DNA from: Enoplolaimus lenunculus
Lineage: Eukaryota
Reading direction: 5' to 3'
DNA length: 64,000 nt
Assembly (NCBI GenBank): GCA_030248215.1
Contig: JASANG010001329.1
Span: 496,001-560,000, forward strand
Shown here: positions 39,217 to 50,595 of the stretch, one piece after another
How positions within the stretch are numbered: position 1 is the first letter of the stretch
Layout: each line of letters starts with the position of its first letter
The notes under the pieces: model-generated
The model's database searches: none
The model's input: only the letters and a program-made list of their open reading frames with translations
Told to the model about the DNA's origin: nothing
Program-made: the position numbers and the translations under genes

Positions 39217-40268
39217 CTATTTTGAAGATCAGCATCACATTATTGTCACTGGAAAATTTTCAGCATTTTCGACTGTTGAAGTCTAACCAATTAGCAACAA
39301 GAAACCGAATGCATACAATATGGGACAAAACAGAACGCCAAATGCTTAAAGATAAAATCCAAACAACAGCGTTCGCAACAATGTGGTATGATCAAGGGGC
39401 GCATACGGATAAGGCAGAAGACTGTGTCGCATAAAGATATTGTATTATGCAAGCATCGCTAACGGTTTGTTATCAATCAATATTTCAGTGCAGGTTACCG
39501 GTGCCGGCGTCCAACGTTGACTTCAACAGTACGCGACGGGAAAAATTATATTGAATCTAGGAAGCTTAATTCTAATGAGTTTAGATAAATTCACCCTTTG
39601 AAGATCTTAGGAGAACTTACTGTGTATGTACCTAATTCCAAAAAAATTGTTTACAGTGAAAAGTTATAGTGGTAGACAAACCAATTAATAATTAAAATTT
39701 GTAATTAGATTACTGTTAAAAAACTGGCCTGTCAACCGGAGCTCATATTTGCGCATGTAATAGAATTGTGCCGTAACCCAAATACAATATTATAGTTTGC
39801 GAAATTTAACCGAAATGCTACCAGTTTGCATTATATAACTCAATTATTGCAATCGACAGAGGCGCATGCAAAGGGGGAATAGCAAGAAAGGAATACATCC
39901 GCTGTAGAACTTTCGGGAGAACAAACGCGTGTGCTTCCGAATAGGTTTTCATTGATGTTATTCCTTCCACAATAGACTTCTGGCTATGCCACTGTTACTG
40001 GATTCATTTAGCTGGTAGTACCTCTTAGTGCCGGAGCAGGACATGATGGCTACACAAAATTCCAGGGTTGTGCCCCTTGCAATAATCGAAGTATTTTTCA
40101 ATTTTTTGGTTTAAAAACCTGTTAGGGTGAGGGCACCTCTTTGGGGTGGGGTCGTCCCAGTTGGGGGTATGTGGGGTGGCTGCTACGGCCCTACCATTCC
40201 CCAAATGACTACGCTCCTGTTAGCAGAATAGTTATTATATAAAAACAACAAAATTTGACTCCAGCGTT

Positions 40269-41132
40269 TCAACTGCAACAACAATTTTTTGCAACGCGTG
40301 AGCATTTACACCGGCATCGTTTCGGTTTTCGTTCTTTTCGTGGTTTAGTCTGCTTGTCAGGTCGAATACCAGTGAAAACGTTTGGATTCGGCGTTGTTTT
40401 TCCACCGAGCAATTTCAACGGATTCGTGTAAGAATTTTCGTTGAGTCGCCAGTACGCGTCAGGATTAGCGTAAATTGGCCCGCGGGCCAAACCAAAATTG
40501 AAGCCTTCAGGTTTGTCTAACGCAAATGCGCCTTGATACTGGTGTGGTTTTCTGTACGGATTTCGTGGATTTGTGTTCGACGACGCTACGTCTACGTCTA
40601 AATAAAACGAATCACTCCATCCGACACCGAAATACGGCACTATCGGATATGAGTAGGCGGAAAGTTTCGGGCTTGCGAGCAACGGCTGATCGACGAAAAT
40701 ATTTCCACGGCCCTTAAACCGAGGATCTAATTGGCCAAGGTACAGCGGTTCCTTGGTGCCTTGTTCGAATGGCGGCCCGCTATTTGTTTTCCAAGCTCCA
40801 GCGCGGTACAACCGGTCTATAGTTTCAGGAAGTAGAAGTCCAAGGCGGACTGAAGTTTGTCGAGGCACTGAATTAATAATTACTTTCTTGATTCGGTCCG
40901 ACAATTTTGAATGAAGTGCGTACCGGCCACGTGAATTGATTTTCTTGGCGATTGGTTCCAGTGTTTCTGAAGTCAGTTTACCGAATACATCGTTGACAAC
41001 GCTTGCGTCTGAATTCGCAAGTAACATATTCAGTGTTTGTTCGTCTGCTTCTCCCCATGCTGCAGGCTCATGTGGTATTACAATCGAAGGACTTTGGCGT
41101 ACGAAACGTAAACCTAAAAGGCCCAAATACAT
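40269..41132 (-). CDS. Unknown protein, paralog B, about 287 aa: helical domain, P/Y/G/N-rich region, basic Cys-rich tail
   Basis: Long non-repetitive ORF homologous to 27730-28310. The true exon probably starts at the CTTTTAG acceptor near 41113, so the ATG at 41132 may be intronic. Confidence 0.8.
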   Translation of the reverse strand: MYLGLLGLRFVRQSPSIVIPHEPAAWGEADEQTLNMLLANSDASVVNDVFGKLTSETLEPIAKKINSRGRYALHSKLSDRIKKVIINSVPRQTSVRLGLLLPETIDRLYRAGAWKTNSGPPFEQGTKEPLYLGQLDPRFKGRGNIFVDQPLLASPKLSAYSYPIVPYFGVGWSDSFYLDVDVASSNTNPRNPYRKPHQYQGAFALDKPEGFNFGLARGPIYANPDAYWRLNENSYTNPLKLLGGKTTPNPNVFTGIRPDKQTKPRKERKPKRCRCKCSRVAKNCCCS

Positions 41133-43014
41133 GACTATTAAGTATAAGTATAATTATAGGACCAGATGTAAACTTAAACTCACTTCATCTTAACGAGCTA
41201 AGAATTAATGCTGAACAGTAAGAGTTTCGAAACTGAGCTTGCAGATTTTGTTATAAATATACCGCATACGTGTTAGCGTGAAACGAACGTTCCTACTTTT
41301 GTGACCATATATCAGTGAGTGATAAATATTAAAAACTATTCGACGTGCTCGTAAATTTGCAACCCTTAAATATTCCTCACAAAACTAAAACTTTTCATGA
41401 ATGTGTTCTTTGAATGTATATGCTGTCTTTTGTTTGTATTTGAAACAATCATACAACAGCTCGTTGCCCAAAATATGTATGTGGCGCGTTCCAGCTTTAA
41501 AAGTGAAACAAAAACTGGATATTGTAATGTGTATATTGTATATATCCTTTCTAAAATGCTTTATTTTCTGTCAGTACAAATGCGTAATTTTTGGTTGTTT
41601 TCCGTTTTCCCCTAGCCGGCGTTTGCCCAAACATGTTTTGATTCTGAAATTTTTTGCATATTTGAGCTTCTCATGACCAACCCTGATCATTCTAAGCCTA
41701 AATTTTAATATTTGAAACATTCGATTTTTAGGTCCCGAGATCCCCTCTTGTGACCTAAACAATGTCAAAAAGTTTAATAAATTATACGCTATTCGAGCAG
41801 TGTGAAGCTTTCTGTAATAGACGATTGGTTAACGAATTATGGTCAAATAACTCATTTGGCGCCGTCCGAAAACGTTGGCTGTGTGCCAATCAGTAATTTG
41901 ACAATAACTCGTTAACCAATCGCCCGATTGTGAAAAAGTTAACACCTCAAACGTTTTCATAAAAAATTTTTGGGTCCCAAAGTTCAGGATGCAACCAGAG
42001 GTGAAAAATACCGGAGCCGGACGTTATCGAAATTTGCCGGAGCCTTAGCCGGAGCCGGAAGTGAGGCGAAATTAGGTTGTAAAAATTATGGTTAATCAGT
42101 TAATTTTAGCCAATATCTGCAATACATATTTAAGTTGCTTGGTTTTAATCTTTTAATACGCAAATTTTCAGCGAATTTCAGAAATTCTTTCCTGAAAATT
42201 GTAACAAAAGTAAAACGAAACGCGCTAAACTGATAAATGTTGCAAAATTATGCAAAATTTCACTACCAACATTGCCGGAACCTCCGAAAAAATTTTACCG
42301 CAGCCGGAGACCGAGGCCAATTTTTTCAACTAAGTCCGAACGCAACAATAACGGAGTTTTCGATATATTACTATTAACGGGAAACAGAACCGAACACAAA
42401 TTTTTACCGGAAAAACAGAAACAGATATGTGTCAAGTTTCAGGCTGGTATGCATGTTGCTGTTTCTTTGTGATGTTCCCAAGCTGGTAATTAAAAATATA
42501 AAAATATCATTGTACGTTCGAATGCAATAATACTCAAAGCAGACCTGTTTAACAGATTACAACCGTATGCTTGCTTCTGTCTCCGACAGAGTTTGAAAAC
42601 AGACCACCGGTTTCGGCTTCGACAGAATGTTTGCAGCGAATCAAGGCGACATTGGTAGGAAAATTTATTGTATTTTGACCAAAAATTGTACCATTTTTAG
42701 TGAGTCTTTCGAATAATTTTTAAAGTCAAAGTTGTCGAAATGTCAAAAGATACGATCCAACCAGCTTTTTGACAACACATCATAGGTTATTAATATTGTA
42801 AAAAAATTTAGAATTTACATAATTCTACACGCCTTATCTCGTTAAGCTCGACGTCTGGTCCCGGTTGCAGCTCCGGGTTTTTCACCTCTGGTTGCACCGT
42901 GTTGCGCAATTAATATGGTCGAGCGAAAATGGCATTTTTCATGCGATAAAACAAAATGACAACTTAAAGTTTAACGCAACTTGAATTTTATCTAATTTTT
43001 AAGTAACAAGACTA

Positions 43015-43201
43015 AACTGCAAAAAACATGAGTCAAATTAACTTTCTCAGAAATAGGATTTTCGAGACTACACAAACTGAGTTATATTCGACTTCGCCAC
43101 AGTCAAATGTGCGGCTCAGTGAATCGAATTTGACTCAATTTGTGTTGTCCCAAAAAGCCTATTTCGGAGAGAGTCAATTTGAGTCATTATTTTTTGCAAT
43201 G
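43015..43201. mobile_element. Palindromic CACTA-like MITE
   Basis: TA|AACTGCAAAAAA...TTTTTTGCAATG|TA fold-back; same family as 4994. Confidence 0.65.
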
Positions 43202-43550
43202 TACCACTTACCAGCACAAACAAAAGAAATATGTACCACGAGCGTAAAAAAAGGTAATACGAAACAAGCAAAATTAAAATGCATTGCCTAAAACGATAAA
43301 ACAAACTGTTAAATTTTAACAACTAAAAAGTTGCAGTGTGATTTTTTAAGAATATAGATTGCATGTTGCGTTGCGTACAGTCTGCCACAAAATCGTCATA
43401 AAAAGTTTCAACTTTAATGAAGTTTTTGTTTTCATTGTATGTATTTTAAAAGCGTTCGCTACTTTATTTAATACTCAAAGTTTGATTTGTTGCCCGCAAC
43501 TGATACGCTGAGAGCTAAATTTCGTATCAGATGATATCGTAATTTAACCT

Positions 43551-43711
43551 GGCCAGTAGCCAGCTCACCTTGCTAGACGGGGCGATTTTTTAGTAGAGGC
43601 ATACAAAAGTTTTCAATGACTTTACAAGCAAGGTTGAAAATTTTGTAGGGGGCCAAACATTTTTCAACGGGGGCTTAGTCGAACCAACCTAACCCCCTTG
43701 GGCTACGGGCC
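43551..43711 (+). mobile_element. Short GCCCGTAGCC...GGCTACGGGC TIR MITE
   Basis: Shared termini and ACAAGCAAGGTTGAAAATTTT core; relatives at about 8340-8511, 52480-52645 and 60086-60231. Confidence 0.6.
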
Positions 43712-44155
43712 GAGCTTAACACCGAAAACTCATATCTTCAATTTACTGCTCTGTTTTCGATGAAGTTCGAAAAATATAGGAACAACTTGTATACTCTGTG
43801 TCTACAAAACTTAAAAACATTTGCAAGATTCTTTAAAACAAGACCAGCTTCAATGTGTGCTTTTCCGACACAAGCAACAGAAGTGATATATTAACTCTCT
43901 AAATATTTACCCCCAGTTAAAATTTAAATCGCCGAATGACAGCGTCTTGTTAACGTTGTAGGGAATGCATGTATACTTGTTCTTTCTCATTTATTGTCAA
44001 AATCAAAACTACAACCTGGTGACTGTTGAAATCATTAATAAGTAGAAAAATTGAGGTGTAAATTGACTATGATGAATTTCGTTTATCTCTAGGATTTGTA
44101 TTTACAAAAATATTAATTTTCCCAGTAATAATTAAGACTTTTTGAAAAATGTTCG

Positions 44156-47100
44156 TTAACCCTTTCTCACATGAATATTTTCTATATCCCCTGAGACCTA
44201 CTTTTATGCTAGGATTCGAACTCCGGTGACTGGAGTGGGAGGCGTATACCATCACCACTGAGCTATAGGAGCTTGACGCTCGAGCCCGAGGGGGCTCTCA
44301 CGTCTTGTGGTGATTTAGTGCTATGTATACGTGTTGCTATTGTTAAACACGGTGCGATATATACTATATAAAGTATAAACACTGCGCTTAGTTGCCTACA
44401 GGCAACTCAATGTGAGAAGGGTTATAGATAGTAAACAGAAAATTTTTTGCTTAACCCTTTCTCACATGAATATTTTCTATACCCCTGAGACCTACTTTTA
44501 TGCTTGGATTCGAACTCCGGTGACTGGAGTGGGAGGCGTATACCATCACCACTGAGCTATAGGAGCTTGACGCTCGAGCCCGAGGGGGCTCTCACGTCTT
44601 GTGGTGATTTAGTACTATGTATACGTGTTGCTATTGTTAAACACGGTGCGATATATACTATATAAAGTATAAACACTGCGCTTAGTTGCCTACAGGCAAC
44701 TCAATGTGAGAAGGGTTATAGATAGTAAACAGAAAATTTTTTGCTTAACCCTTTTTCACATGAATATTTTCTATACCCCTGAGACCTACTTTTATGCTTG
44801 GATTCGAACTCCGGTGACTGGAGTGGGAGGCGTATTCCATCACCACTGAGCTATAGGAGCTTGACGCTCGAGCCCGAGGGGGCTCTCACGTCTTGTGGTG
44901 ATTTAGTACTATGTATACGTGTTGCTATTGTTAAACACGGTGCGATATATACTATATAAAGTATAAACACTGCGCTTAGTTGCCTACAGGCAACTCAATG
45001 TGAGAAGGGTTATAGATAGTAAACAGAAAAATTTTTTGCTTAACCCTTTTTCACATGAATATTTTCTATACCCCTGAGACCTACTTTTATGCTTGGATTC
45101 GAACTCCGGTGACTGGAGTGGGAGGCGTATACCATCACCACTGAGCTATAGGAGCTTGACGCTCGAGCCCGAGGGGGCTCTCACGTCTTGTGGTGATTTA
45201 GTACTATGTATACGTGTTGCTATTGTTAAACACGGTGCTATATATACTATATAAAGTATAAACACTGCGCTTAGTTGCCTACAGGCAACTCAATGTGAAA
45301 AGGGTTATAGATAGTAAACAGAAAATTTTTTGCTTAACCCTTTCTCACATGAATATTTTCTATACCCCTGAGACCTACTTTTATGTTTGGATTCGAACTC
45401 CGGTGACTGGAGTGGGAGGCGTATACCATCACCACTGAGCTATAGGAGCTTGACGCTCGAGCCCGAGGGGGCTCTCACGTCTTGTGGTGATTTAGTACTA
45501 TGTATACGTGTTGCTATTGTTAAACACGGTGCTATATATACTATATAAAGTATAAACACTGCGCTTAGTTGCCTACAGGCAACTCAATGTGAGAAGGGTT
45601 ATAGATAGTAAACAGAAAATTTTTTGCTTAACCCTTTCTCACATGAATATTTTCTATACCCCTGAGACCTACTTTTATGTTTGGATTCGAACTCCGGTGA
45701 CTGGAGTGGGAGGCGTATACCATCACCACTGAGCTATAGGAGCTTGACGCTCGAGCCCGAGGGGGCTCTCACGTCTTGTGGTGATTTAGTACTATGTATA
45801 CGTGTTGCTATTGTTAAACACGGTGCGATATATACTATATAAAGTATAAACACTGCGCTTAGTTGCCTACAGGCAACTCAATGTGAGAAGGGTTATAGAT
45901 AGTAAACAGAAAATTTTTTGCTTAACCCTTTCTCACATGAATATTTTCTATACCCCTGAGACCTACTTTTATGCTTGGATTCGAACTCCGGTGACTGGAG
46001 TGGGAGGCGTATACCATCACCACTGAGCTATAGGAGCTTGACGCTCGAGCCCGAGGGGGCTCTCACGTCTTGTGGTGATTTAGTACTATGTATACGTGTT
46101 GCTATTGTTAAACACGGTGCGATATATATATATAAAGTATAAACACTGCGCTTAGTTGCCTACAGGCAACTCAATGTGAGAAGGGTTATAGATAGTAAAC
46201 AGAAAATTTTTTGCTTAACCCTTTTTCACATGAATATTTTCTATACCCCTGAGACCTACTTTTATGCTTGGATTCGAACTCCGGTGACTGGAGTGGGAGG
46301 CGTATACCATCACCACTGAGCTATAGGAGCTTGACGCTCGAGCCCGAGGGGGCTCTCACGTCTTGTGGTGATTTAGTACTATGTATACGTGTTGCTATTG
46401 TTAAACACGGTGCTATATATACTATATAAAGTATAAACACTGCGCTTAGTTGCCTACAGGCAACTCAATGTGAGAAGGGTTATAGATAGTAAACAGAAAA
46501 TTTTTTGCTTAACCCTTTCTCACATGAATATTTTCTATACCCCTGAGACCTACTTTTATGCTTGGATTCGAACTCCGGTGACTGGAGTGGGAGGCGTATA
46601 CCATCACCACTGAGCTATAGGAGCTTGACGCTCGAGCCCGAGGGGGCTCTCACGTCTTGTGGTGATTTAGTACTATGTATACGTGTTGCTATTGTTAAAC
46701 ACGGTGCGATATATACTATATAAAGTATAAACACTGCGCTTAGTTGCCTACAGGCAACTCAATGTGAGAAGGGTTATAGATAGTAAACAGAAAATTTTTT
46801 GCTTAACCCTTTCTCACATGAATATTTTCTATACCCCTGAGACCTACTTTTATGCTTGGATTCGAACTCCGGTGACTGGAGTGGGAGGCGTATACCATCA
46901 CCACTGAGCTATAGGAGCTTGACGCTCGAGCCCGAGGGGGCTCTCACGTCTTGTGGTGATTTAGTACTATGTATACGTGTTGCTATTGTTAAACACGGTG
47001 CGATATATACTATATAAAGTATAAACACTGCGCTTAGTTGCCTACAGGCAACTCAATGTGAGAAGGGTTATAGATAGTAAACAGAAAATTTTTTGCTTAA

Positions 47101-47660
47101 CCCTTTCTCACATGAATATTTTCTATACCCCTGAGACCTACTTTTATGCTTGGATTCGAACTCCGGTGACTGGAGTGGGAGGCGTATACCATCACCACTG
47201 AGCTATAGGAGCTTGACGCTCGAGCCCGAGGGGGCTCTCACGTCTTGTGGTGATTTAGTACTATGTATACGTGTTGCTATTGTTAAACACGGTGCGATAT
47301 ATACTATATAAAGTATAAACACTGCGCTTAGTTGCCTACAGGCAACTCAATGTGAGAAGGGTTATAGATAGTAAACAGAAAATTTTTTGCTTAACCCTTT
47401 CTCACATGAATATTTTCTATACCCCTGAGACCTACTTTTATGCTTGGATTCGAACTCCGGTGACTGGAGTGGGAGGCGTATACCATCACCACTGAGCTAT
47501 AGGAGCTTGACGCTCGAGCCCGAGGGGGCTCTCACGTCTTGTGGTGATTTAGTACTATGTATACGTGTTGCTATTGTTAAACACGGTGCGATATATACTA
47601 TATAAAGTATATACACTGCGCTTAGTTGCCTACAGGCAACTCAATGTGAGAAGGGGTTAA
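44156..47660 (-). repeat. Tandem array of 12 tRNA-bearing TTAA/TIR elements (period 293-295 bp) joined by 11 linkers
   Basis: Unit starts at 44156, 44451, 44745, 45040, 45334, 45628, 45922, 46215, 46509, 46803, 47097 and 47391. Units are nearly identical; the array begins TTAACCC and ends GGGGTTAA. Confidence 0.96.
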
Positions 47661-49142
47661 TACTTCATTTTTTGTTACTTTCATTCTATTTTTCCGCGCA
47701 CAGTACTGCGCTTTCGTTACACCTTCCAAGGAACTTTTGTTTACTTTAAAATTCACTCATTTGCTTCAGAACTGTGTTTCTTTCAACAACCGCTTTTGAG
47801 TACCTAAGTTCTACATTTTCAATATAAATGAAAGTTTCATATTTCAATCAGAAACGTGTTTATTTCTTTCGGGAGGCCACATTTCCTTACGCTGATCATG
47901 CATTTTCGATGTAACAAAATTTGCCACTGATATTTGACCGAAATTCGACAGCATTTATATACTATGGCATGCAACCTGCTATTGTTAACACGGCAGTGTG
48001 TACACAGTTAAATACCATTGACCTCGGCTTTAGTTCCGGCTCCGAATATATACATATCAGGGTGCAACCGAAATTATAAAATACCGATACCGGAAAGTTA
48101 AAAATACGGGAATTGGAACACAGAACACTTGTTACCAAAAAATTCCTTTTAAAACTATTTCATCGCTATTAATGGTGTAACACACCACTTAGAATGTCAA
48201 AATCTTGAAACGTATGCAGTAGCTCGGAAACGTATTATAGAGTATGACAAATTGAAAATTACACGCATAGATAATTTTAGCAAAACAAGTTAGAATAACA
48301 TGTCAATTTTTCTTAAATTTTCGAATGAGAAATGTTTTCAGCACCGAAAATACCGAAAACTTCTGGAAAAAACCGGTTTCATTACCGAAACCCAACAGTT
48401 AAAAATACCAGATTTTCCTATCGTGAAATTCTTGTTGCATCATGATACATACATATGTGTATCACGATCAGCTTCATTATACACTTTTAGACCACGTAAT
48501 CGCGGCTAAAACGTTTTAGGAAGTTCAGTAATTTTTCTTGGCGAAGCCTCCCTGGCTTCCTCAGGCTATGCACACAAAAAAGTATTTCTGAATTTATTCA
48601 GAAAAGTATTTTCTGTGGCATATCTAACATGTTTTCCTGAAATTTAAGACATTTTTCAAAAAATAACTGCAAAACGTTTATTTTCCGACTTTATTTAAAA
48701 CTTTTCTGAAATATTTGCTGTTATAACAGAAACACTTTGTGGACCCGGAGCTATAACAGGTGATGAAAGTGCAGATTTTAAAATTAATGGTTATAAAATT
48801 TTAGCATTTGACTGTATTGATTAGTATTTTATATCTTTTGGTATTGATAGCTGTGCAACGAGAGGTGGAAAAAATTGAGGCCGGAGGTCAACAAATTTCG
48901 GCAAAAGCTCGAGCCATATGTGAAGCAAGATTGGGGGTATGGGGTAAAAATAAAAATATTGTTGAAATCGCTAACTTTACCGATAAATCTACAAAGTGCT
49001 GGCAAAACTTTAGTTCGAAGCTCTTTTTTTGAAAAAAACCTGAGAAATTTGACCTTCCCAAAATTGTCCCAAAGTATATATAGGAAATTCATTGGAAAAC
49101 ACAACTTTATACAAAAAGACGGAAAATTTCACTACAGCAGCT

Positions 49143-49373
49143 GGCCCATGTAAAGATCGGGGGCAGAACGTTTTTCTGTGGGACTAGAACTGAGTACTTA
49201 AGATTTCGACTAATTTTTCTGTTTGGCTTAGGCATAGGCTCAGGCTTAGGCTTAGGAATATGCTCATTCTTACGCTTAGGCTTAGGCTTAGGAATATGCT
49301 CATTCTTACGCTTAGGCTTAGGCTTAGAAATATGCTTGTATTACTATTCCGCCCATTTTCTTCACATTGGCCC
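49143..49373 (+). mobile_element. TTAGGC-containing MITE copy with an internal 36-bp duplication
   Basis: GGCCCATGTAAAGATCGGGGGCAGAACG...TTCCGCCCATTTTCTTCACATTGGCCC; further copies at 51130-51314 (+) and 57830-57976 (-). Confidence 0.75.
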
Positions 49374-50595
49374 AACAGCTAAACGCAGTTATGTTTTATT
49401 GCAAAATTTCAACGATCACGCGGTTCCGACTTTCTACGGACACCGCTGTCATAAATTCTACGCTAATGCTTTAATTTTCGGCACGTATAAAGCAGTGCTG
49501 AGTTTCGCTTGTATAAAATTGTCAAGCTATAACAGCTGACTTTTGCCAAGAATGCACGGTAACAGTATTTGCGTATTAAATGAAATTATTTATGGTAGCA
49601 TTATAGAATTGTTTAAACAAAAATATGGCTTATGTACACTTTTCTTTGCATTTGAAATCAAGACTTCGGCTTAAGCTCAGGGTCAGGCTTAGGAAAAGGC
49701 ATTGGCGAAATATAAGGCTGAGCAAAACTTTTAAGAAACCTAAGCCTAATCTTCAGCCAGAGCAAAAAATTAAGCCTGTTTGGGGCATGTATCCAATTGC
49801 CAAAAATACTACACCTCTGCGTCTTTGCTTTAATAGTTGAAAAACAATAGTTATCGAATTTGTTTCGCAAATCCTAGTTTACTCAAAAACAATAGTTATC
49901 GAATTTGTTTCGCAAATCCTAGTTTACTCAAAATTAATCGTTTTCGTAAAATTGCTACAGCAATTTTGAATCACAACATTTGCATCAGTGAGACTGGCTA
50001 GCGATTAGCGCTCTGAATGGAGTTAGACGATTTCTGCATAGAGTATAACACGCGATTTACGCTGCTCTTTCAGTGTGTTCGAATCGCACCGCGTAGTAAC
50101 GCACAGTGTTTTTAACAATTAGTACGCGTATGCGCAAAATAAACTTGCAGATAGCGAAGTTCTTATAGCCAGCCGACTGGTGATGCTGACTGTCTTTCAT
50201 TCGACAGCCCCAAATTTAAATCTCAGATTGAACTTGAATCTCGAGTGAAATTGAAAGTATTCGTGCAGAAAGGGTTTAATTCACCATGACTTCTTTTGCG
50301 ATTGTTCTCAGAAGAAGCGTATTTTGGTAGAATAAGCAAACTTGTCATTCTGCGTAAACCAAATATGTCTCCAATTGCAAGAACTGCTTCACATTTTGAC
50401 TACTGAGTTGGCGGTCTCTTTCAAATTCAAAACAATCCAGAATATATCGTTCACAATATTGACATTTTCCTACGTATTACAGAATCGAACTTGGAAGTCG
50501 ACCAAATTAAAAATTTGCAAATTGCTCTTGGGCATTCCAATCGCGTCTTTTTTGAAACAAACAAAATCCAGTGCAGTAACGCTTGTATGGTCCTC

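Noticed and set aside
41800..41946. Long hairpin as a candidate miRNA
   Set aside because: Arms extend more than 50 bp and match no miRNA I know; more likely a palindromic MITE.
44156..44450. Hammerhead or HDV ribozyme (retrozyme) in the repeat unit
   Set aside because: No CUGANGA core on either strand and no convincing HDV P1.1/J4-2 arrangement by eye. Other ribozyme classes are not excluded.
44156..47660. CRISPR array or tRNA gene cluster
   Set aside because: Linkers are identical rather than unique spacers, and there are no cas genes in this eukaryotic context. The tRNA-like part lacks a closing acceptor stem and a paired anticodon stem.
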